The translations under genes were made by a program, and so were the position numbers. The notes below the pieces were generated by a model, which ran no database searches, was not told where the DNA came from, and was given only the letters and a program-made list of their open reading frames with translations. 64,000 nucleotides of DNA from Eledone cirrhosa (lineage: Eukaryota), in the NCBI GenBank assembly GCA_964016885.1, contig OZ024742.1, forward strand, positions 64,666,001 through 64,730,000, read 5' to 3'. Positions 25,505 through 35,957 of the stretch are shown piece by piece; within the stretch, counting starts at the first letter, position 1, and every line of letters starts with the position of its first letter.

Positions 25505-28500
25505 GTGGTGCTGTGTGGTGTGTGGTGTGTGCTGTGGTGTGTGCTGTGGTGTGGTGTGTGGTGTGTGTGGTGGTGTGTGGTGTGTGGTGTGGTGTGGTGT
25601 GGTGTGTGGTGTGTGGTGTGGTGTGTGCTGTGGTGTGTGCTGTGGTGTGGTGTGTGGTGTGTGTGGTGGTGTGTGGTGTGTGGTGTGGTGTGGTGTGGTG
25701 TGGTGTGTGGTGTGGTGTGGTGTGGTGTGGTGTGGTGTGTGGTGTGTGGTGTGGTGTGGTGTGGTGTGGTGTGTGGTGTGTGGTGTGGTGTGTGTGGTGT
25801 GTGGTGTGTAGTGTGTGTGGTGTGTGATGTGTGTGGTGTGTGGTGTGTGGTGTGTGTGGTGTGTGTGATGTGGTGTGGTGTGTGGTGTGTGGTGTGTGTG
25901 GTGTGTGGTGTGAGGTGTGTGTGGTGTGTGGTGTGTGCTGTGGTGTGGTGTGTGGTGTGTGTGGTGGTGTGTGGTGTGTGGTGTGGTGTGGTGTGGTGTG
26001 GTGTGTGGTGTGTGGTGTGGTGTGTGTGGTGTGTGGTGTGTAGTGTGTGTGGTGTGTGATGTGTGTGGTGTGTGGTGTGTGGTGTGTGTGGGTGTGGTGT
26101 GAGGTGTGTGTGGTGTGTGGTGTGTGGTGTGTGTGGTGTGTGGGGTGTGTGGTGGTGTGTGGTGTGGTGTGTGGTGTGGTGTGGTGTGGTGTGTGGTGTG
26201 TGGTGTGTGTGGTGTGGTGTGTGGTGTGTGGTGGTGTGTGGTGTGGTGTGTGGTGTGGTGTGGTGTGGTGTGTGGTGTGTGGTGTGTGTGGTGTGTGGTG
26301 TGTGGTGTGTGGTGTGTGGTGTGAGGTGTGTGTGGTGTGTGGTGTGTGGTGTGTGTGGTATGTGGTGTGTGTGGTGTGTGGTGTGAGGTGTGTGTGGTGT
26401 GTGGTGTGTGGTGTGTGTGGGGTGTGGGGTGTGGGGTGTATGTGGGGTGTGGTGTGGTGTGGTGTGTGGTGTGTGTGGTGTGTGGTGTGTGGTGTGTGTG
26501 GTGTGAGGTGTGAGGTGTGTGTGGTGTGTGGTGTGTGGTGTGTGGTGTGTGGGGGGTGGGGTGTATGTGGGATGTGGTGTGTGGTGTGTGTGGTGTGTGG
26601 TGTGTGGTGTGTGTGGTGTGTGGGGGGTGGTGTGTGTGGTGTGAGGTGTGAGGTGTGTGTGGTGTGTGGTGTGTGGTGTGTGGTGTGTGGGGGGTGGGGT
26701 GTATGTGGGATGTGGTGTGTGGTGTGTGTGGTGTGTGGTGTGTGTGGTGTGTGGTGTGTGGTGTGTGGTGTGTGTGGTGTGTGGTGTGTGTGGTGTGTGG
26801 TGTGAGGTGTGTGTGGTGTGTGGTGTGTGTTGTGTGGTGTGTGGGGGGTGGGGTGTATGTGGGATGTGGTGTGTGGTGTGTGTGGTGTGTGTGTGGTGTG
26901 TGGTGTGTGGTGTGTGGTGTGTGTGGTGTGTGTGGTGTGTGGTGTGTGTGGTGTGTGGTGTGTGGTGTGTGGTGTGTGGTGTGTGTGTGGTGTGTGGTGT
27001 GTGTGGTGTGTGGTGTAAGGTGTGTGTGGTGTGTGTGTGTGGGGGGGGGTGTATGTGGTGTGTGGTGTGTGGTGTGTGTGGTGTGTGTGTGGTGTGTGGT
27101 GTGTGGTGTGTGGTGTGTGTGGTGTGTGTGGTGTGTGGTGTGTGGTGTGTGTGGTGTGGTGTGGTGTGTGGTGTGTGTGGTGTGTGTGGTGTGTGTTGTG
27201 TGGTGTGTGGTGTGTGGTCTGTGGTGTGTGTGGTGTGTGTGGTGTGTGGTGTGGTGTGGTGTGGTGTGGTGTGGTGTGGTGTGGTGTGGTGTGTGGTGTG
27301 GTGTGGTGTGTGGTGTGGTGTGGTGTGGTGTGGTGTGGTGTGGTGTGTGGTGTGGTGTGGTGTGTGGTGTGGTGTGGTGTGTGATGTGGTGTGGTGTCGT
27401 GTGTGGTGTGGTGTCGTGTGGTGTGTGGTGTGTGGTCTGTGGTGTGTGTGGTGTGTGTGGTGTGTGGTGTGGTGTGGTGTGGTGTGGTGTGGTGTCGTGT
27501 GGTGTGTGGTGTGGTGTGGTGTGTGGTGTGGTGTGGTGTCGTGTGTGGTGTGGTGTCGTGTGGTGTGTGGTGTGTGTGGTGTGTGGTGTATGGTGTGTGG
27601 TGTGTGTGGTGTGTGTGGTGTGGTGTGGTGTGTGGTGTGTGGTGTGGTGTGTGCTGTGTGCTGTGGTGTGGTGTGTGGTGTGTGGTGTGGTGTGTGGTGT
27701 GTGTGGTGGTGTGTGGTGTGTGGTGTGGTGTGGTGTGGTGTGTGGTGTGTGGTGTGGTGTGTGGTGTGTGTGATGTGTGGTGTGTAGTGTGTGTGGTGTG
27801 TGGTGTGTGGTGTGTGTGGTGTGCGTGTGGTGTGTGTGGTGTGTGGTGTGTGTGGTGTGTGTTGTGTGGTGTGTGGTGTGTGGTCTGTGGTGTGTGTGGT
27901 GTGTGTGGTGTGTGGTGTGGTGTGTGGTCTGTGGTGTGTGGGGTGTGTGGTCTGTGGTGTGTATGGTGTGTGGTGTGTGTGGTGTGTGGTGTATGGTGTG
28001 TGGTGTGTGTGCGGTGTGGTGGGGGGTGTGGTGTGTGTGGAGTGTGGGGTGTGGGGTGTGGGGAGTGGTGTGTGTGGTGTGTGATGTGTGGTGTGTGGTG
28101 TGTGTGGTGTGTGTGGTGTGTGTGTGGTGTGTGGTGTGTGGTGTGTGGTGTGTGTGGTGTGTGTGGTGTGTGGTGTGTGGTGTGTGTGGTGTGGTGTGGT
28201 GTGTGGTGTGTGTGGTGTGTGTGGTGTGTGTTGTGTGGTGTGTGGTGTGTGGTCTGTGGTGTGTGTGGTGTGTGTGGTGTGTGGTGTGGTGTGGTGTGGT
28301 GTGGTGTGGTGTGGTGTGGTGTGTGGTGTGGTGTGGTGTGTGGTGTGGTGTGGTGTGGTGTGGTGTGGTGTGGTGTGTGGTGTGGTGTGGTGTGTGGTGT
28401 GGTGTGGTGTGTGATGTGGTGTGGTGTCGTGTGTGGTGTGGTGTCGTGTGGTGTGTGGTGTGTGGTCTGTGGTGTGTGTGGTGTGTGTGGTGTGTGGTGT

Positions 28501-29600
28501 GGTGTGGTGTGGTGTCGTGTGGTGTCGTGTGGTGTGTGGTGTGGTGTGGTGTGTGATGTGGTGTGGTGTCGTGTGTGGTGTGGTGTCGTGTGGTGTGTGG
28601 TGTGTGTGGTGTGTGGTGTATGGTGTGTGGTGTGTGTGGTGTGTGTGGTGTGGTGTGGTGTGTGGTGTGTGGTGTGGTGTGTGCTGTGTGCTGTGGTGTG
28701 GTGTGTGGTGTGGTGTGGTGTGTGGTGTGTGTGGTGGTGTGTGGTGTGTGGTGTGGTGTGGTGTGGTGTGTGGTGTGTGGTGTGGTGTGTGGTGTGTGGT
28801 GTGTGGTGTGTGTGGGGTGTGGTGTGTGTGGTGTGGTGTGGTGTGTGGTGTGTGGTGTGGTGTGTGCTGTGTGCTGTGGTGTGGTGTGTGGTGTGGTGTG
28901 TGGTGTGTGTGGTGGTGTGTGGTGTGTGGTGTGGTGTGGTGTGGTGTGTGGTGTGTGGTGTGGTGTGTGGTGTGTGTGATGTGTGGTGTGTAGTGTGTGT
29001 GGTGTGTGGTGTGTGGTGTGTGTGGTGTGTGAGGTGTGTATGGAGTGTGGGGTGTGGTGTATGGTGTGTGGTGTGTGTGGTGTGTGGTGTGTGGTGTGTG
29101 GTGTGTGTGGTGTGTGTGGGGTGTGGTGTGTGTGGTGTGTGGTGTGTGTGGTGTGTGTGGTGTGTGTGGGGTGTGTGGGGTGGTGGTGTGTGTGTGGGGG
29201 GGTATGGTGTGTGGTGTGTGGTGTGGTGTGGTGTGGTGTGTGTGGTGTGTGGTGTGTGGTCTGTGGTGTGTGGTGTGTGGTGTGTATGGTGTGTGTGGTG
29301 TGTGGTGTGTGGTGTGTGGTGTGTGGTGTGTGGTGTTTGTGGTGTGTGTGGTGTGTGTGGGGTGTGGGTGCGGGGTGTGGGGGGTATGGTGTGTGGTGTG
29401 TGTGGTGTGTGGTGTGTGGTGTTTGTGGTGTGTGTGGTGCGGTGGGGTGTGGGGGTGTGTGTGTGGGGTGTGTGGTGTGTGGTGTGTGGTGTGTGGTGTT
29501 TGTGGTGTCTGTGGTGTGTGTGGGGTGTGGTGCGTGGTGTGTGGTGTGTGTGGTGTGTGCGGGGTCTGTTGTCTGTGTGGTGTGTGTGGTGTGTGATGTG
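25505..29600. repeat. 4.1-kb compound (GT/GGTGT)n satellite; (GAA)n follows at 29725-29790
   Basis: Mosaic of GGTGT, GGTGTGT and GGTGTGTGT units. Confidence 0.97.
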
Positions 29601-30282
29601 TAGAGTGTACATGGAAGTGAGTGTGGTGAGTGTATGCGATGTGTGTGTTCATTTGTGTTCATTTGTGTTTATATGTGTGCATGGTGGATGTGATGTGGGG
29701 GTGGAGGGAAGCAGGAGGAGGAGGAGAAGAAGAAGAAGAAGAAGAAGAAGAAGAAGAAGAAGAAGAAGAAGAAGAAGAAGAAGAAGAAGAAGGCATATTG
29801 AAGTTTATGAAAGTGAAGGAGAGCATGCAGATTCAAGTGTTTTGACATAATGCTGTAATCAAAGTCATGATTAAATGAAATATTTTTTTAGTATATGGAC
29901 CATCATTTTTTACAGGTACTATGCTAGTATATTCATATATGTATATGTCTCTTTATATATCTATAAAATAGGATGGATTCAGTTTGAAACTGGTTAGACT
30001 ATTACTCAACAAAGTACTCAATACTTGGAGTAACAGAGTATAGTTATATTATAAAGAGTTGGGACCCGACGGCTAATATATATATATGTATGATGATGAT
30101 GTATATATTCATATATACATATATGTGTGTGTATATATATATATATATATACACATATATGTATACACACACGCACATATACACACATATATATATATAT
30201 ATATCAAACCCATGCAAGCGTGGAAGATGGACGTTAAACGATGATGATGATGATGATGATGATATATATATATATATATATA

Positions 30283-31552
30283 TATTATATTATATTTTGA
30301 GAATAAACTCTCAGTCGTTTACAATAATTAAGCTCCAGGAAGGGGCTCTTCCGAGCAGTTAAATACATTTAAAGTATATGATAAACACGAAATGTGTTTA
30401 CATTGCAACAGACAAAGTTAGCTATTAATGAAATAAACTAATAAAAGTGAATACAATTTGTCTGTCTCGATACAAGTCAATAAAGACAAGCTTATATTGG
30501 CAACGGCCATGATTCCTGGACATATTTAAATTTCAAAATTCAAACCTGTTCTGTAGACGAATTTGAACCTCGAAACCCAAATAAGTTTCGCAACGGTGGA
30601 ATGTGAATTGAAAAATAAAGAGAATCGAAATGGAATAGAAATAAAAGAGTGAAATATCCAAATCATCTGTGCTTATCAACAGGAATCCAGTAAGATTAGT
30701 CTATCTCACATCAAAAATTTTGCAGGACTGACTACACGTGGGTAGGCAGGCCAAAACTAGCTATCCCACATTCACGGTGCTAGAAATAACAGCCGCTTAT
30801 GCAGGATTAAGGATCAGCTCTTACAATAAAGGAGCTATACATTATATTATATTTTGAGAATAAACTCTCAGTCGTTTACAATAATTAAGCTCCAGGAAGG
30901 GGCTCTTCCGAGCAGTTAAATACATTTAAAGTATATGATAAACACGAAATGTGTTTACATTGCAACAGACAAAGTTAGCTATTAATGAAATAAACTAATA
31001 AAAGTGAATACAATTTGTCTGTCTCGATACAAGTCAATAAAGACAAGCTTAAACGACTGAGAGTTTATTCTCAAAATATAATATAATGTATAGCTCCTTT
31101 ATTGTAAGAGCTGATCCTTAATCCTGCATAAGCGGCTGTTATTTCTAGCACCGTGAATGTGGGATAGCTAGTTTTGGCCTGCCTACCCACGTGTAGTCAG
31201 TCCTGCAAAATTTTTGATGTGAGATAGACTAATCTTACTGGATTCCTGTTGATAAGCACAGATGATTTGGATATTTCACTCTTTTATTTCTATTCCATTT
31301 CGATTCTCTTTATTTTTCAATTCACATTCCACCGTTGCGAAACTTATTTGGGTTTCGAGGTTCAAATTCGTCTACAGAACAGGTTTGAATTTTGAAATTT
31401 AAATATGTCCAGGAATCATGGCCGTTGCCAATATAAGCTTGTCTTTATTGACTTGTATCGAGACAGACAAATTGTATTCACTTTTATTAGTTTATTTCAT
31501 TAATAGCTAACTTTGTCTGTTGCAATGTAAACACATTTCGTGTTTATCATAT

Positions 31553-31558
<6 letters not shown>
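30283..31558. mobile_element. 557-bp unit plus partial direct copy plus 508-bp inverted copy, within (TA)n
   Basis: 30841-31050 repeats the unit start; 31050-31558 is the reverse complement of 30370-30878. Confidence 0.88.
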
Positions 31559-31591
<33 letters not shown>

Positions 31592-31597
<6 letters not shown>

Positions 31598-32153
31598 GGA
31601 ATAGAATTAAACGAAATTTCATTTCTCACTCTTAGTACGGCACTTACTTACTACTGTACGTCTGTATACAAATATGTATGTACGTATACATACATACATA
31701 CTTACATTTAAGTAAGTGCCGTACTAAGAGTGAGAAATTAAATTTCATTTCATTCTATTCCATTTATCGTTTTCGGTGCACCCAGCCGACTGAACTCACT
31801 CGATATGCAAATTAGGCTGCTCAGCCGTTAATATGCATAAGGAAAGTATATACTTTCAGACGTTCAACCATCTGGCAGGAAGGTATACGATGCTAACGAT
31901 AGCTAATAAGCTTGAAACTAGTACATCGTTCCTGTGTCAGTGTTGAACAAAAAGGTGACGTGGTTGCCTAAACACTGTACGGCGTAATTCGGGCTGTTTG
32001 TTTGTTTACAAACAAACAAACTGAACATTATAATAAATGTTCGGTAAACCGATACATGCATATATATATATATATGTGTGCATGTATGTATATATATACA
32101 TACTACTGTACGTCTGTATACATATGTGTATGTACATATACATACATACTTAC

Positions 32154-32157
<4 letters not shown>
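31592..32157 (+). mobile_element. Hammerhead-bearing element with inverted arm and terminal direct repeat
   Basis: 31592-31650 inverted vs 31709-31767; 31651-31708 repeated directly at 32103-32157; (TA)n flanks. Confidence 0.72.
31887..31929 (+). ncRNA. Minimal hammerhead ribozyme with one core substitution
   Basis: ACGATG-CTAACGA-tAGCT aata AGCTt-GAAAC-TA-GTA-CATCGT; palindromic ACTAGT stem III. Confidence 0.68.
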
Positions 32158-32223
<66 letters not shown>

Positions 32224-32267
32224 TCAATGATATTAATAAATGGAAACTATATTTATAAAACCATATT

Positions 32268-32328
32268 TATTCTATTATATATATTTCAAGGGTACCAAAA
32301 CTTTGGTACGCTCTCATCAGATAAAATA
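32268..32328 (-). ncRNA. Type I hammerhead ribozyme (intact core; same family as 17501)
   Basis: Minus strand TATTTTAT-CTGATGA-GAGcGTACCAAA gt TTTGGTACcCTT-GAAA-TATATA-TA-ATAGAATA. Confidence 0.86.
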
Positions 32329-32762
32329 TAAAGTTTGTTTTATAAATATTGACATATCCAGGAAATGGGACCTTAACCATTCAAGTTTCACCTGGATAGT
32401 GAAAGGAAAGAGAGCAAAAGGGAAAAAGGGGAAGAGAGGAAAAAACAAATATTTCAAATTATTTTGATGAATATGCTAATGAGGTTGAAGCATAGGGCTG
32501 AAAAAAACGTTATTTTTAGGCGCTAGGTAGATTTAAATAATTATTAGGATATATATATGTATATATAGGAAGAAGAAAGAAAGAAAAGCTGGTATTTATA
32601 TTACTACAATGTACGTGAATGTAAAAAGATTGAAACGGTAAAAATTAAAAGTTTGTTGGAGTGGTGGAATATCAATCCAGAATTGATGAATCTGTTATAA
32701 ATATATTTTGTTGAAATACCAACAAATTAAATATCCCTTTGCTTATATATATATAGATATAT

Positions 32763-33104
32763 AGATATTGTTATACTCTGGGAGGGTCATGCTGCCAATA
32801 AAAACACACGCACTGTTGGTTTTAATTTCAATTTATTATAAATTTCCGGTTGGTTGGTTCGATAATCAGATGGTTGTTTATATATTGTCATTCTGGTGTA
32901 GGACAGAACAAAGGAGGGACACAAAATAAAAATCTAGTCACTGAGGAAGTCACAGAATGTGTGACGAAAGAGCTTTGACAATATATAAACAACCATCCGG
33001 TTATCAAACCAACCAACTGGAAATTTCTAATAAATTAAAGTGAAAACCAACAGGTACTTGTGTTTTTATTGCCAGCCTGACCCTCGCAAAGTATAACAAT
33101 ATCT
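32763..33104. mobile_element. Foldback element, diverged ~128-bp arms (32763-32890 / 32976-33104)
   Basis: Arms align as reverse complements with scattered mismatches; TA tracts on both sides. Confidence 0.8.
32937..32979 (+). ncRNA. Minimal hammerhead ribozyme in the spacer of an inverted repeat
   Basis: GTCA-CTGAGGA-A-GTCACA gaatg TGTGAC-GAAAG-AG-CTT-TGAC. Confidence 0.75.
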
Positions 33105-33184
33105 GTTTCAACACATGTTTTCAGATCAGAAATCTAACAAAACAAATTCAAAAACGAAATAAATATATATATATATATATATAT

Positions 33185-33216
<32 letters not shown>

Positions 33217-33329
33217 TATCATTGTCATTTTAACGTCCGCTTTACCTGCTAGCGAGAGATGGGGAAAGGGTTACACATATATCTATATATATAAAAGGGA
33301 AGCAGAAAACAAAAAATGTAACCATGTTC

Positions 33330-34695
33330 TGTGGCGTAAAGCCTAAAGGCGTGAGGTGTTCTAGATTGCAAGGCAGTCTGTCAGGGAAAATTGGGATGTT
33401 GTTGGGGAGAAGTGTGTCCATTATGATGGCAAACTTGCCCTCACTGATGCTGAAAAGAAGGTAGCATGGAATTACCACTTGGAAAGATTACTAAATGAGG
33501 AGAATGCATAGAAAGAAAATAGTTTGCCCCCACCCCCACCTTTCAAGTTAACCCAACAGAAGGACCATCTTTACAAGTCAACAGTAGTATAGTAAGTAAG
33601 GCAATCAAGAATATGAAGACAGGCAAGACAGCTGGACCTTCAGGGATAGTTGCTGAGATACTAAAAGCATTTGGGATGGTGGGTCACACCACAGTCACCA
33701 GTATTGTAAACCTAGTAATACAAAATGGTGTCATGCCCAATGACTGACATAGCAGCAGCATTTTCAACTGCTAGAAGGGCAAAGGAGATGCTCTAGATAG
33801 AGAAAACTACAAAGGCATTAAGTTGGTTAACAAGATCATAAAGGTCACAGAAAGAGTTATAGCACAACTGATTAGGGACCAAGTTAATCTAGATGAGATA
33901 TAGTTTGGATTTGTACCAGGTAAAAGTACCACATATACTCTCTTCCTTGTGAGGCAACTGCAGGAGAAGTACCTAGTTCAAAGTAAACCCCTCTACTTGA
34001 CATTTGCTGACCTGGAGAAAGCTTTTGACAGAGTACCCCATTCCATTAATTGGTGGGCTCTTAGAAATATAGGAGTAGATGAGTGGCTTGTGGGGCCAGT
34101 ACAAGCAATGTACCGAGGAACAGTCAGCAAGGTTAGAATTAAGAATGACTATAGCAAAGAATTTAGCATGTGTGTTATCGACCCACAGGCTATAACAGAA
34201 GTTTAAGACTAGTTGCCCATGGGAACTTCTGTATGCAAATGACCCTTATAGCTGAATCTATGGCAGAATTAGTGAAGAAATTCCAAATCTAGAAGCATGG
34301 CCTAGAAACAAAGAGTCTTAATGTCAACCTGACAAAGACCAAAGTTCTAGTATGTAGAAAGGAAAACAGGACCCAGACTCCCTAAAAAAAAGAAGTAGGT
34401 AGAAATTCCATCCTATATCCTAAATGTAAACTATGAGTACACAAAAGATGTAGTGGGATCTCAGGCAGGCTAGCAAAGAATTAGGTTTTATATGTGGCCG
34501 ATGCACAGGTGCAGTAAGTAGCAAGAGCTCACAGGATACTAGCTCCTTCAAATGCCCAGAGGGCTCTGTAGAAGTAGTAAATAGTTTCTGTTACCTGGGT
34601 GACCAGATTAGCAGTGGAGGAGGGTGTTCTGGAAGCACAGTAACCAAGGTGAGAAAAGGATGGAGAAAGTTCAATGAGCTACTACCACAACTGTG
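33330..34695 (+). mobile_element. Decayed RTE LINE RT fragment
   Basis: RQLQEKYL...DLEKAFDRVP with many stops; colinear with the 48 kb copy. Confidence 0.88.
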
Positions 34696-34799
34696 GCAAA
34701 AACAAAAACAAAAAAAAACTTTTTACTTTTTCTAAAGAATAAAACAATTTGTAACATTTTGTGTGTTTTTTTTTTTTGAAACTTTATTTTCTTCATGTA

Positions 34800-35262
34800 T
34801 GTGTTGGTGGGAAGTGGGCATGTATAGATCAGTGTGTGGCTTTGTGTATACATATATGTGTATGAGTATGTGTGTACGTGTGTATGTATGCGTGTGCATG
34901 CACATGTACGTACGTGTATGTATGTATATGTGTGTGTATGTGTATGTTGGTATGTGTGTGCACATCAGTATGTATGTTTGTATGTGTATATACATGTCTG
35001 TGTGGTTGATGGGGGGGGGGTCTGTGTGTATGTATGTATATGCATGTAAGTATGTATGTATATATGTATGTATGCATATATGTATGTATGTATGTATTTA
35101 TGTATGTATGTATATATATGTATGTATATATGTATGTATGCATGTATGCATATATATGCATGTATGTATGTATATGTATGTATATGTATGTATGTATGTA
35201 TACATGTATGTACATATGTATGTATATATGTATGTATGTATGTCGGGTCACTCTTGAGTGCT
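34800..35262. repeat. Degenerate (ATGT/GT)n microsatellite; many shorter (TA)n, (CA)n, (ATG)n tracts occur throughout
   Basis: Direct inspection. Confidence 0.9.
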
Positions 35263-35840
35263 ACTGGTAACATGTAACCCAGTACAACCTGTCGCATGAT
35301 CGGGTTGTTGGCGACCCCACCAAGTTTACTTGGTGAGGAGGGTGATTTTGGACACTCTGCAGGACAAAAAACAAAACCCGACAAAGGCCGGAAGAACTCA
35401 TAAGAGTCAACAGCCATCCAAAAGTGTGTAAATATGTATATACACATGTACATATGTATGTATATGTATATGTGTGCCTGTATATGCGCGGGGACAGAGA
35501 AATAGTCGGGCTGGTTACCCGATCGCGCGATTAAACAACTGGGAGTGAAGGACCCCTAGCCTTTGTCAGGGCATTCTTCTAGGAGAAAGCAGCTCAGGAA
35601 ACTGGGATAACTCCGATATAAAACCTGCGGCTCAGTAGTTACCAATGATGTTGATCTTTACTTCTTTTCGGGTTATAGCTACTGGCGCTCAGAGAGTGGG
35701 ATTGGCTCAGTGCACAGTCTTTCGTCACTTTAAAAAATATCTTCATGCACATGCATTGCACGATAGAATTAATTAATAATTATTAATAATGGTGTATCGT
35801 GCAATGGCCATACTCGATAACGAGGGGGCAGCCATCATGT
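35262..35840 (+). mobile_element. Diverged partial copies of the same family (related pieces at 20870-21110, 21680-21930, 63600-63780 on minus)
   Basis: Shared blocks CCCCACCAAG..CTTGGTGAGGAGGGTGA, CTAGGAGAA, and GGCAGCCA-tail. Confidence 0.72.
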
Positions 35841-35906
35841 ATGTATGTATGTATACATGTATGTACATATGTATGTATATATGTATGTATGGATACATGT
35901 ATGTAC

Positions 35907-35937
<31 letters not shown>

Positions 35938-35957
35938 TATATGTATATATATATTTT

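Noticed and set aside
25464-29850. ORFs up to 1389 aa rich in His/Thr/Pro or Cys/Val/Gly/Trp
   Set aside because: Translation artefacts of a GT-rich satellite that is open in several frames
30385-30505. CVY...AYIG as a GIY-YIG endonuclease remnant
   Set aside because: Spacing too long and stops intervene
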